Counted from the first letter of the stretch, positions 16,647 to 26,249 are shown. The stretch is 32,000 bases of DNA from an uncultured archaeon (GCA_964354495.1 CAYHAA010000001.1:364827-396826); one strand, 5' to 3'. The notes: a model not told the origin generated them from the letters alone. Numbers and translations: made by a program.

Positions 16647-17594
16647 ATGACTGCCACAGAGATTATCCCTGGTGTTTATGCTATTCGAGGCAAGTTCGCG
16701 GGAGAGTTCGGATTCATCGCTAGTTATCTCGTAATTGATGAAGGGGAAGCCCTCCTCATTGATCCAGGCACAGCCGGAGACCCGGGCGAACGAATAGAGA
16801 AGGCGCTGAAATCATTCAGTCTGAATTACAGAAGTGACCTTATCGGCATTGTCTGCACGCATGGGCATCCTGACCATGTTGGTGGTGCTAATAGACTGAG
16901 AAGAGCCACTGGTGCACCAATCATGATTCATGAGAAGGATGCTGAGTTGCTTAGAAATCCCCAAACCTTCTTCGAAGAGCGTTTGCTCATGGATCGTGCA
17001 ACACGCCTCTCGATGAAGCTCGACAAGAGCCCTCTTCGTGTCAATTATCGAGGGTGCGAACCTGACAGTCTACTCACTGATGGTCAAAATATACAGATAG
17101 GGAGCACATCATTCCAAGTCATTCTAACTGGAGGCCACTCAGCTGGACACTGTGTTTTGTATGATGGCATCAGAAAACTCCTCTTTGCAGGAGATGAGGT
17201 GAACAACTTCCCTAATGACCCACGAAAATTCTACGTCGACCTAACTGGAAGTCTCGTTTCCAGAATAGCTGCTCTTGAGAAACTGTCAAAGATGGGCATA
17301 GAGCATCTTCTTCCCTCGCATGATGTCCCGTATTTGTTCGGCGAAGCTCGTCTGCAATTCGAAGCTGCCAAAGACGGCATTATGCATCTTCAGGATACAG
17401 TCTTAACGCACCTCGGAGCCAGGGGTGAGGCTGACGTTGAGCAACTTGTTTTTGATCTGAAGCAGTCTAGAAGTGTGCCTATTCCAGAGAGCCTTGATTC
17501 ACTAATACAGACAACGATTCAAGTGACTCTCCAAGGGCTCGCGGAGGCTGGACTGGTCAAGCCTCTTGGCAAGGGCGTTTGGACCAAGGTATAG
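16647..17594 (+). CDS. Metallo-beta-lactamase-fold hydrolase with probable C-terminal winged-helix domain
   Basis: LLIDPG, THGHPDHVGG (HxHxDH), GGHSAGH, LFAGD and LLPSH. ATG at 16647 preferred. Confidence 0.88.
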   Translation: MTATEIIPGVYAIRGKFAGEFGFIASYLVIDEGEALLIDPGTAGDPGERIEKALKSFSLNYRSDLIGIVCTHGHPDHVGGANRLRRATGAPIMIHEKDAELLRNPQTFFEERLLMDRATRLSMKLDKSPLRVNYRGCEPDSLLTDGQNIQIGSTSFQVILTGGHSAGHCVLYDGIRKLLFAGDEVNNFPNDPRKFYVDLTGSLVSRIAALEKLSKMGIEHLLPSHDVPYLFGEARLQFEAAKDGIMHLQDTVLTHLGARGEADVEQLVFDLKQSRSVPIPESLDSLIQTTIQVTLQGLAEAGLVKPLGKGVWTKV

Positions 17595-17693
17595 CCAAGG
17601 AGCTACGCGCAAGCTAGATTCAAATGAAGGAACACAGGTTCTCATACGACGTCTAGTCCTCAAGATTGTCAATGCCTTGGCAGTATTCGGGAG

Positions 17694-20336
17694 ATGGCAA
17701 ATGTGAGCAGGAAGAACAGAAAAGATGTACAAGCGCAGAGTACTGTTGAAGCCATAAGAATGGCCTCTGCTTCAGTGTTGAGCACGACAACTGGCTTAGG
17801 CTATCCAGTTGGAAGTGCTAGAGGCGCTGGAAGCATGCTTGAGCAACATTCCGAAACAGTCTCCATGAGTATTGCACCTCTCATCTTCAACGTACGGGAT
17901 ACCTTGAACTCCTCTGAGGGATTGGAATTGCTCTCTATTGAGTGGAATCTGGAGAGAACTCCGGGACCCGGAGTCTTGCCTGAACAGCTAGTCGTTGTAG
18001 GCGGATCTGAAGGTGGCGTCGGGTCTCATGTCTGTGTCCTCTGCTGGGAGAAGGGTGTCGTAGACCCGTTCAGGATAGATCAGTATGTGAAGGTCATCGC
18101 CAAGAAACTTGGCGATATAGAGGCCGCTGTCATCAGCAATGATCTCAACTACGACCTGGATGGTCTATCTGTCATCCGACGTTTTGCTGACCGCCTAAAC
18201 AGCGTCTTGTTCGTAGACATGCTTGACAGGCGTTTTCAGGGCACATGGGATTCACTTCAAGTCAAAGATGAACACATGGCTATCGAAGCTATCGCAAAAA
18301 TGTCAACGTATGATGATTTTACGCTTGTTCCCCCAGGCCTGAGGATTGCTCGGCGTAATAGCCTTGAATTCAGGCTGCCAACATCGTCTAAGGAAGATTT
18401 CTTGGACCACTTTCAGCATCGGGTATTGACTCCCAGCGCAATAGAGATGCTGACAAAGACAGTCCCTGAACTAGGACAGGCCATACTTAGCGAGCTGAAT
18501 ACCTATGCATATGCGAGGGAGGAGGCTGATGTCGCTGAGGGGACAGTCTCAGTGTTGAAGGAGTATCTCAAGAGAGACACCGTAAAGATCTCAGACCTCC
18601 AGTCCATCAAGAAAGCAACAGGTGAGTTTGTCGGTCATCTCAATGATACCGTCGACTCGCTTGAGTCCATTGTTGATCAACACTCGAACTCTGGGAAGGC
18701 TCTGAGTATTACGGGGCATAGAAACGCTCTTCTTGCAGATATTGATGCAAACCACGAACGATTCGATGGTATCAATCGCACACTTGCTCACATGCTAGTT
18801 GTTCAAATCATGAAGTCCTTAGAGCGCGAATCATTTGGAGTGGAGGATATTCGTGCATGGCAACTACGAAGCGCTCTAAGCTATGCCATTGCATATGCGA
18901 AGAGAGTTGCACAGTACTTCGCCGAGGAACTCGATCACTATCTGATTGCTTCTGCCGCACGAAAGGCATTCTTTACCGCGCTTCGTGATTTTCGCCAAGA
19001 AACCGTGCAAGTTGGAATGGATCCAACTGACCTGATGCTCTTCGAGAAATTCTATGCTGAGGTTCAATCTCAGCTCAATGCATCCTTCTCAAGAAAATCA
19101 TACCAAGGTGTGCAGTATCATGATTTCATTCAGTTGATGGATACAATAACGCGGGAAATAATCGAGACCTTCAGGCATATCGATGTATGGAACCTGATTG
19201 ATTTCTCCGATGTTGCGGACATTGCTCGGTCTGAGATACAAAAGGAACATACAGATCGGTCAGGTGACGGAGCTCTTACCTCGGACGGCAATGCGCTCAT
19301 GAGCCTATTGAACGTGTTTCAGAACACTGTATCTGATATTATCCCGGATGTGGCCGACACTATTCTATCAAAACCTCTTATTCGAAAGATGATTGAGAAG
19401 ATTAGGTCCGATGGCACAGGTCTAGGTAATGAATTGGCAGTAGCAATTGAAAGTGTTGGTGAGAAGTCTGAGGAGTGGAAGAGAGAGGCTGTAGCGTGGG
19501 TTGAAGGCTTTCGAGATAGTGTGGACCCCACACAATCCACGCCTGTGAGTTTGCTTGCGCTACTACAGTATATCCATGAGCTGTTGGACCAAGTTGCATC
19601 ACCGAGTGCAATGGCCGATCGAGTGAAGGCAGAAGCTGATGCGAAAGAAGATCTCTACCAAGCCAGAGTCAATGAGTGGCAAACCGTCTGCAAAGAAATC
19701 GAACATGAGAACGAGTCAATTCAACAACGAAACAACAGACGTGAGGAGCTCATCGCAGAAGCCACCAGACAGTTCGAAACAGAGATGTCTGCATTTGAGC
19801 GACAAGTCCGCGAATATCAAGAAAAGGCAGAACAGAGAAACGCTTTGGCAGCAAGTGCAGCTGGAGCAGATATTTCACTGCCAGCACTTCCTACGGAACC
19901 AGTTCGTCCTTCTCCTCTAGAATCACGAGTTGACAAAATAAGAAGAAACAATCCAATTGAGCTTGAGAAGTCCCTCCCACCTGAACCGCAACCTGAACCA
20001 ACACTCCATTACTACACCGAGTTGCGAGACCTTCTATATGACAAACTGACTGAAATGAAAGAACGTGAAAAGAGCATGGAGGAAACATTTGCTCGGAGAG
20101 TCTTGCGGCTCCAGGCAGAGGGCATGGGAGCCATCGGAGAGATTGACATCAATATTGGTGATGATTTTCTGCAGCATCTGATGGACTCAGGGATTCGTAC
20201 TCTGGGCAAGCTACTTCCTCGTATCTCTCGCGTTCTCTTGAGGAACCCGAAGATACCTGGCCTCCTCTATCTTGTATCATACGAGTACTATGGCGACGGT
20301 TTGACTGTGTCAATTGGGAGCACGTTTTTGAGGTGA
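17694..20336 (+). CDS. Large hypothetical protein (880 aa), mostly helical with a coiled-coil and Pro-rich segments
   Basis: Long uninterrupted ORF. Coiled-coil at about aa 640-720, flanked by LPALPTEPVRPSP and LPPEPQPEP. No family recognised. Confidence 0.75.
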   Translation: MANVSRKNRKDVQAQSTVEAIRMASASVLSTTTGLGYPVGSARGAGSMLEQHSETVSMSIAPLIFNVRDTLNSSEGLELLSIEWNLERTPGPGVLPEQLVVVGGSEGGVGSHVCVLCWEKGVVDPFRIDQYVKVIAKKLGDIEAAVISNDLNYDLDGLSVIRRFADRLNSVLFVDMLDRRFQGTWDSLQVKDEHMAIEAIAKMSTYDDFTLVPPGLRIARRNSLEFRLPTSSKEDFLDHFQHRVLTPSAIEMLTKTVPELGQAILSELNTYAYAREEADVAEGTVSVLKEYLKRDTVKISDLQSIKKATGEFVGHLNDTVDSLESIVDQHSNSGKALSITGHRNALLADIDANHERFDGINRTLAHMLVVQIMKSLERESFGVEDIRAWQLRSALSYAIAYAKRVAQYFAEELDHYLIASAARKAFFTALRDFRQETVQVGMDPTDLMLFEKFYAEVQSQLNASFSRKSYQGVQYHDFIQLMDTITREIIETFRHIDVWNLIDFSDVADIARSEIQKEHTDRSGDGALTSDGNALMSLLNVFQNTVSDIIPDVADTILSKPLIRKMIEKIRSDGTGLGNELAVAIESVGEKSEEWKREAVAWVEGFRDSVDPTQSTPVSLLALLQYIHELLDQVASPSAMADRVKAEADAKEDLYQARVNEWQTVCKEIEHENESIQQRNNRREELIAEATRQFETEMSAFERQVREYQEKAEQRNALAASAAGADISLPALPTEPVRPSPLESRVDKIRRNNPIELEKSLPPEPQPEPTLHYYTELRDLLYDKLTEMKEREKSMEETFARRVLRLQAEGMGAIGEIDINIGDDFLQHLMDSGIRTLGKLLPRISRVLLRNPKIPGLLYLVSYEYYGDGLTVSIGSTFLR

Positions 20337-20337
20337 T

Positions 20338-22785
20338 TTGATGGCAAGTTCTTGGGTACTTAAGACACGACAGGCAAGTGAGGCTGGCAAAGAGATACTG
20401 TTACGGGAGGCTCTTGTCGCTCATATGCGAAGTACGAGAGACAGACAGCTCTTCACCGAGACACTGACTGAGTTTCGGCCGCTGAAGGATGTGTTTTCGT
20501 TCTTTGCCTCTTTCTATCTACATAGCTATCAGGGAATAAGATTAGTAAAGGCATCAGAATCTCCTGAACTTACTGCTGATGGTAAAGATGACCTTGCTCA
20601 AGAGGAACGCCATCAATTGGAACTTGAAGTGCGTCAGCTCTTTGGCGATAAACAGCGTGAGGAGATTCACACAGCGCGTATTATGAGTGAACTTGCGATA
20701 CGTTTCTGTGATGAATTAGGAGGCAAGGTGTCTTCCTCTCCAGATCTGCGTGAGAAGGTGCTTTCTCTCCTAAATGAGTATCTTCAGAGAATTCCATCAG
20801 AGTACTCTCCTAATCACGACATTGACTTCGTTGTTGAAGTCACGGGCTGGGGTACGCAATGGCGTGACGAGCTCTACACGAAAGCGTCAGGATTGAAAGA
20901 GAGTGCACTGTCGCTGAGGGAGGAGTTGTTGAGAGACCATCCTTCCGAAGTGCCTGAAACAACCGTCCTAAGAATGGGACTTGAACACATCCATGGTCGA
21001 GTTGAGTTTGCAAGGGGGCGTTTATCTGATGCCCTGATTCCTGCTCGTAATTGGGATGGTATTGCAGATGCCATTATTGAGCGTTTCTGCAGGAGTGGGG
21101 ATAAACTCAAGTGTGTGAAGCAAGCACACGAGATTAGACTTGCCCTGCTTGAGGCAATTGAGGAAAAGTACGATGCTCCTACTACCATCGAGGACTATGA
21201 GCAAAGGCTAGGATCTGTAGTCGCGGGTCCAATTGCTGATATCCTGTCCTCTGATTCTTCTCTGGTATTAGGCACATTGTCCAATCTTCTCACTATTGAT
21301 TCAGATGATATGAAGGCACAACTTCGCCGCAAGGGTATTGACGATATGTCAGTCATCGGAGAAGGGCTAAGAGCGCTCGCTGATGTTGTTGAAGATGCCC
21401 CATCAGGTCCGCAGATCAGCAAGCAAGAGATGGAGCTGTTAGAGCGTTCTCTGAAAACTCTGGAGAAACTTGAGCACACTCTCGAACACCCTGTGAAAGG
21501 GCTGTTGAAGGCTCGAGGCATTCGAGCTTCAGAACTTGACAAGATCTCCGTGGATCTCCTTGTCAAGGATCGGAAGAGCTTGGTGGGGATTGAGGTTGAG
21601 GTTCTTGACGAGTTGGCTAAGAAGATGCGAGTTCCACCTCCGGAAGAGGTCAAGAGGCTTGTTGATATACGGAGCCAAGTAAAAAGCGGAGCCCTGAGTA
21701 CGCTCGGCATATCTTCAGCCCGTGATTTTAGCAAACAACGCGTCGAGGAAGAGACAGTCAGGTCAATCAAGCTTGACATCGTCTGGCACTTCACCACTAG
21801 CATCTTAACAAACCTCACTAGGATAGTTGAGTCTTATATTCGGTCGAAGCAAGATTTGCTTCGTATCAAGGCACTATTGAAGAGTATATACGAAGACACT
21901 GATACAAGTCTGCAGTTTCTAAGAGAAGAGATTCTGGTCGATTTGGCTGCGATTCGTATCCATGAGTTTAAGGTAGTTCACCCTGAATTTGATGCAGCAA
22001 GCATCTGCACGTGGATGCATGCGCGTCTTTCGAGTAAAGATATGGTTGCTGCACGAAAGGACCTAGATGCTACTCCAAGTCCTGCCTTCGAGGGTATAGC
22101 CGACAAGCCACTTGAGATGAGTGGACTCGAGTATGACAACTATGCTATTGCTTTTGACATAATGCAGCGTTTCTTGAAACAGGAACGGCTCGAAAAGCTT
22201 GCCAAGGAGGAATACGCTTTCGAAACTAAGCAGAAAGAGCAAATCTTCCTCGAGTCAAAGCGGGAATCTATCGATGTTCTGACGTACTTGCATAATAAGG
22301 CTCAGACTGTATTTCGTGCCATAGGTCGTGTCGGAACCAAAGGTCTGGAATGGTCCCAGAGCGATACCTCGAAGTGTTCTAACCTATTGGCGTACTACAT
22401 CAAGACTGGTCGTGGAAGACTCATCTGTTCTGCATGTGGCACTGTTTCAAGGGAGAATAAATGCCCGCAGCACGGCACATCCTTCATGAAGAGGGCAAAT
22501 GATATGGATAATCTAGCGATATTCATGATGAGAGCAAACTATGAGATTAAGGATGGTCTTATTGGGAGGAGTGCCGAACAGATGCCTTGGGACAAGGCAA
22601 AATCAAGCATCGAGCGCGAAATTGGCATCCTGAAGCGAAATGGCAAGTTGACCTCAAAGACCAATCTTAAGGAGCTTCTCCCTGGAGAGATCAATTATGT
22701 GATCGGTCCTGCAATTTGTGAAATCATTGGCAAGTACTTCAACGAGTCTCTTGTCTATGCAGCCCGTCGAGCAGATGTCGCCTAA
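20338..22785 (+). CDS. Large hypothetical protein (815 aa), helical with a C-terminal Zn-finger; one base after the upstream stop
   Basis: Starts 1 nt after the previous stop, with a GAGGTGA motif spanning that stop. CSACG...KCPQHG motif near the C-terminus. Confidence 0.75.
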   Translation: MMASSWVLKTRQASEAGKEILLREALVAHMRSTRDRQLFTETLTEFRPLKDVFSFFASFYLHSYQGIRLVKASESPELTADGKDDLAQEERHQLELEVRQLFGDKQREEIHTARIMSELAIRFCDELGGKVSSSPDLREKVLSLLNEYLQRIPSEYSPNHDIDFVVEVTGWGTQWRDELYTKASGLKESALSLREELLRDHPSEVPETTVLRMGLEHIHGRVEFARGRLSDALIPARNWDGIADAIIERFCRSGDKLKCVKQAHEIRLALLEAIEEKYDAPTTIEDYEQRLGSVVAGPIADILSSDSSLVLGTLSNLLTIDSDDMKAQLRRKGIDDMSVIGEGLRALADVVEDAPSGPQISKQEMELLERSLKTLEKLEHTLEHPVKGLLKARGIRASELDKISVDLLVKDRKSLVGIEVEVLDELAKKMRVPPPEEVKRLVDIRSQVKSGALSTLGISSARDFSKQRVEEETVRSIKLDIVWHFTTSILTNLTRIVESYIRSKQDLLRIKALLKSIYEDTDTSLQFLREEILVDLAAIRIHEFKVVHPEFDAASICTWMHARLSSKDMVAARKDLDATPSPAFEGIADKPLEMSGLEYDNYAIAFDIMQRFLKQERLEKLAKEEYAFETKQKEQIFLESKRESIDVLTYLHNKAQTVFRAIGRVGTKGLEWSQSDTSKCSNLLAYYIKTGRGRLICSACGTVSRENKCPQHGTSFMKRANDMDNLAIFMMRANYEIKDGLIGRSAEQMPWDKAKSSIEREIGILKRNGKLTSKTNLKELLPGEINYVIGPAICEIIGKYFNESLVYAARRADVA

Positions 22786-22853
22786 TTCTTGGTTTTGTGC
22801 CTGAATTCTGAGTGCACAAAGTCCCATGTGAATTAGTCCGCTAACGAAGCCCA

Positions 22854-22860
22854 TTTATAT
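22854..22860 (+). promoter_or_regulatory. Putative TATA box of the DapA-Fae operon
   Basis: TTTATAT about 30 nt upstream of the ATG at 22891, preceded by purine-rich AACGAAG. Confidence 0.45.
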
Positions 22861-22890
22861 CGACCTGCTCGGACAGGCATCGGTGATTTC

Positions 22891-24288
22891 ATGACTAAGT
22901 TTGTGCCGAAAGGAGTTATGCCAGCGCTCGTAACACCATTCACCAGAGATGGTGACATCAATGAAGAAGGCTTCAAACAGGTAATTGACTACACTATCAG
23001 TAAAGGTGCAACTGGAGTTGTACCAGCTGGAACGACTGGAGAATTCTCTTATATGCGTACGGAGGAGCGTAAGAAACTCCTGAAGCTCACGGTAGAGTAC
23101 GTTGACGGCCGTGTTCCAATTATCGCCGGCACTGGCCAGAATAGCACAAGAGCGACCGTGCTCTTGACCAAATACGCTGCAGACATCGGATGTGATGCAG
23201 CTATCGTGATTTCACCCTACTATCTCAGACCTGATGACAAGGGATACTATGAGCACTATGCAACAGTGGCACGTCAAGGTGACCTGCCACTGGTTCTGTA
23301 CAATCTCCCCCAATGCACCCTTGGAGTTCTCAATTCCAATGTAGTAGAAGATCTCGCTGAGATAGACAATGTTGTGGGCATAAAGGACAGCAGCGGTAAT
23401 ATGCCATATCTCCTGGAATTGCTCCAGAAAGTAAATGGAAGAATAGAAGTCATAGTTGGAGCTGATGAGTGCTTCCTTTCTGCAGTGGCTGCTGGAGTCA
23501 AGGCGGCGATTCTTGCTACAGCGAATCTCATTCCGCATATTTGGCTTGAGATCATGCATAAAGTCCAGAAGGGAAAGATCGAAGAGGCTGCGAAGCTGCA
23601 GAACTCGGCGCAGACATTAGCACGTCTTATCCTGAAGAATGGTGCAGCACCGCCTATTAAGGCAGGTCTACGAATGATGGGCATCAATGCAGGCAAGAGT
23701 AGGATGCCACTTGATACTGGAGGGACCATGACTCCTGAAACCAAAGAAGAAATCCGTATTGAGCTTGAGAAACTTGGAGTCTTAGAAGAACTCGAGCATG
23801 CTTCAATCCAGCGAAACATCCAGATATTTGATGCGCTGCTGCAGCAAGGATTCAGTATCAGTGACTTGTCGAATGTCAAACAGAGCTCCGCTTCAAATGA
23901 TACTGTGTCTGTGGGCATTGCCACAGGGAGCAAGAATAGCCCTATGGGCGAAACCTTCGTCAAGCTTCTCACAATGCCAAAAATCGGTCACGAAGCCCTC
24001 ACGGTCATTCTCGAGCCGAACTTGGCGGTTCGCCCCAGTAGCCTCATGTTTCCAATCAGGAAAATCGAATCGATGCGACAGGCATCCCTATTCTATGGCC
24101 CAGTTCAATCTGGAGCTGCGCGAGCCATGGCTTCCTATCTTGAGAAAGGCAAGATTCCAAACAAATCAATAGAAGATGATGTGATGATCATGGCATTGGA
24201 TGTTGACCTGAATTCCAAGGACCGCCGACAGGTCGTTTCAGCAACACAAGAGGCTGTTGAAAAAGCCCTCGCTGGCATATGGAGGTAA
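22891..24288 (+). CDS. DapA/NAL-family class I aldolase fused to a degenerate formaldehyde-activating-enzyme (Fae)-like domain (subunit 1)
   Basis: GVMPALVTPF, GTTGEF, SPYY, YNLP and IKDSSG (Schiff-base Lys). The C-terminal GHEAL.VILEPNLAVRP...FYGPVQSGAARA...G.IP resembles the middle part of Fae. Confidence 0.85.
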   Translation: MTKFVPKGVMPALVTPFTRDGDINEEGFKQVIDYTISKGATGVVPAGTTGEFSYMRTEERKKLLKLTVEYVDGRVPIIAGTGQNSTRATVLLTKYAADIGCDAAIVISPYYLRPDDKGYYEHYATVARQGDLPLVLYNLPQCTLGVLNSNVVEDLAEIDNVVGIKDSSGNMPYLLELLQKVNGRIEVIVGADECFLSAVAAGVKAAILATANLIPHIWLEIMHKVQKGKIEEAAKLQNSAQTLARLILKNGAAPPIKAGLRMMGINAGKSRMPLDTGGTMTPETKEEIRIELEKLGVLEELEHASIQRNIQIFDALLQQGFSISDLSNVKQSSASNDTVSVGIATGSKNSPMGETFVKLLTMPKIGHEALTVILEPNLAVRPSSLMFPIRKIESMRQASLFYGPVQSGAARAMASYLEKGKIPNKSIEDDVMIMALDVDLNSKDRRQVVSATQEAVEKALAGIWR

Positions 24289-24294
24289 TCATTC

Positions 24295-25773
24295 GTGTAC
24301 AATGGTAGCTATCGTTTTCAAGGCGTCTATCCAGCATTGGTCACACCCTTTGACGAGAACGGTGTGAATGAGAAGCAGTACAGAGGTCTCATTGATTATA
24401 CGATTAAAGCCGGAGCCACAGGTATTGTTCCCTGCGGAACAACCGGTGAATTTACCAGCATGAGGTTCGATGAAAAAGTTGAAGCTATCAGAATTGCCTG
24501 TGAAGCGGCAAAGGGCAGAGTTCCCGTTCTTGCAGGGACTGGCGCTGCATACACTGGCGATGCTATCAAGCTGACGCGACGAGCTGCCGAGCTCGGAGCT
24601 TCAGCGGCTCTGGTGGTCTCTCCATACTTCCTGAAACCTTCACACAAAGAGATATTCGAGCATTTTGAGAAGATTGCGAATAATAGCGACATTCCCATCT
24701 TCATCTACAATATTCCTCAGGTAACTGGTGTTCCCATCCACTGGACTCTTGTTGATGGTCTAAGGGAGATTGATGGAATTGCAGGAATGAAGGATTCAAG
24801 CGGTGACCTGGTCAATCTGACAACAATCCTTGTTCGCAGACCCGAGAGTTTCCAAGTGGTTATCGGTCATGATGAGGTAGCACTTCCTGGACTCGCCTCG
24901 GGTTGTGATGGGGCAATACTTGCAAGTGCCAACATTTTTCCTGACAGGTACATCAAGATGCAGACTGCTTTGGCTAGTGGCTACCTCAAGGAAGCCATGA
25001 TCATCCAACGAAGCATCCAGAACACAGTTCGCATCTTAGTAAACCGTGGTGGAGGAATGGCTGTAAAGGCTGCCCTGAATATGATGGGTATCCCTGTCGG
25101 AAAGGCTAGACCGCCTCTCCAGATTGGTGACTCTCTCAGCTATGCTGATCTCGATGAACTGAGGGCTTGCCTTGAGGATCTGCAAATGATTCCCAGAGGG
25201 CCGGTCACATTCAAGATGAGAGGCCAGTCAATAGTTGCAGAGAACTACCCCAAGGCTGTGGGGCAAGTACCTGATACTGTTCAGGATTTGACTCTCCTTC
25301 ATGGAGAGTCGTTATTCGGTTCAAACACTGAAGTGGCTCATGTCGACCTCATCCTTGGAATTAGAGACGGCCCAATGAAGGAGGCTCTTGCCGATGCAGG
25401 AAAGATGGCTGATGATCGGCATCCAGCCAATGTGATAAAGGATCTTGAGCTCACAACTGTGTTTGCTCCGACAGTGACTATCACATCTGAGAAGCACAAG
25501 AAGCTCGTCTACGATGTCGCCCAGAAGGCGGTCAAAGATGCTGTCAAGCGTACCATTACGGATATGATCATCCCAGAAGAGCTGATTCCTGACCTTGTGA
25601 TTGCTGTGAATGTCTTTGTTCACCCGAGCGCTGTGAATCCAAGGCGAGTTCACATCAATAACTTCATTGCTGTTCGTCATGCCATCCGACGTGCAATTGA
25701 AGGCCGTCAGAGTGTTGATGAGATAATCGCGCGTAAGGATTCTGCTAGGCATCCATTTGCCTATAACCCATAG
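24295..25773 (+). CDS. DapA/NAL-family class I aldolase fused to a Fae domain (subunit 2)
   Basis: GTG start with GGAGGT upstream. GVYPALVTPF, GTTGEF, YNIP and MKDSSG. The C-terminal GESLFG..EVAHVDLILG..DGP...AQKAV...IIP...VFVHP...AIRRAIEG...ARHPF resembles Fae. Confidence 0.88.
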   Translation: MYNGSYRFQGVYPALVTPFDENGVNEKQYRGLIDYTIKAGATGIVPCGTTGEFTSMRFDEKVEAIRIACEAAKGRVPVLAGTGAAYTGDAIKLTRRAAELGASAALVVSPYFLKPSHKEIFEHFEKIANNSDIPIFIYNIPQVTGVPIHWTLVDGLREIDGIAGMKDSSGDLVNLTTILVRRPESFQVVIGHDEVALPGLASGCDGAILASANIFPDRYIKMQTALASGYLKEAMIIQRSIQNTVRILVNRGGGMAVKAALNMMGIPVGKARPPLQIGDSLSYADLDELRACLEDLQMIPRGPVTFKMRGQSIVAENYPKAVGQVPDTVQDLTLLHGESLFGSNTEVAHVDLILGIRDGPMKEALADAGKMADDRHPANVIKDLELTTVFAPTVTITSEKHKKLVYDVAQKAVKDAVKRTITDMIIPEELIPDLVIAVNVFVHPSAVNPRRVHINNFIAVRHAIRRAIEGRQSVDEIIARKDSARHPFAYNP

Positions 25774-25989
25774 GTCCGCTCTCAATGAAGTGTGACATGG
25801 TCATACGCTTGACAGTGGCCTCCGTCTATCCTAAAGCATCATTGGCCATTTGTTAAGTCTGCAAAAACTGACATTACACTAATCAGGACTCCTACATACA
25901 TCCTTGGAGTTCCAAAACGGGTGCTCCCCCAGAATTGCCTCTGCACCTCCTTTGAGAGCGTTCTATGGCACCATTCTGTTTGAATCCTC

Positions 25990-25997
25990 TATATATA
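25990..25997. promoter_or_regulatory. Palindromic TATA-like element
   Basis: TATATATA in a long intergenic region, about 80 nt upstream of the small ORF at 26079. Confidence 0.35.
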
Positions 25998-26078
25998 CTT
26001 CAGCGTTGTATGTTGTACAAGTCTTGCATCCCTCTTAGACTGTCGCGTCATCACCACATCCGTCGGAGTAAAACAGGA

Positions 26079-26249
26079 ATGGTTGAGAACTACATCATTC
26101 GCATTGGCGATATTCCCTCTCGGAAAATTCGCAAGAGTGTTCGCGGGTTCTTGGAGGATGAAGATGTCGCTGTTGTAGTCAATGATGGACAGATATTCGA
26201 CGTAGTGCTCGAAAAGAATCAGCTTGTCATGAAGTCTGACGAACTCTGA
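26079..26249 (+). CDS. Small hypothetical protein (56 aa)
   Basis: MVENYIIRIGDIPSRKIRKSVRGFLEDEDVAVVVNDGQIFDVVLEKNQLVMKSDEL has a protein-like composition, whereas the upstream 38 codons of the tracked ORF do not. GGAG/AGGA motifs upstream. Confidence 0.5.
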   Translation: MVENYIIRIGDIPSRKIRKSVRGFLEDEDVAVVVNDGQIFDVVLEKNQLVMKSDEL

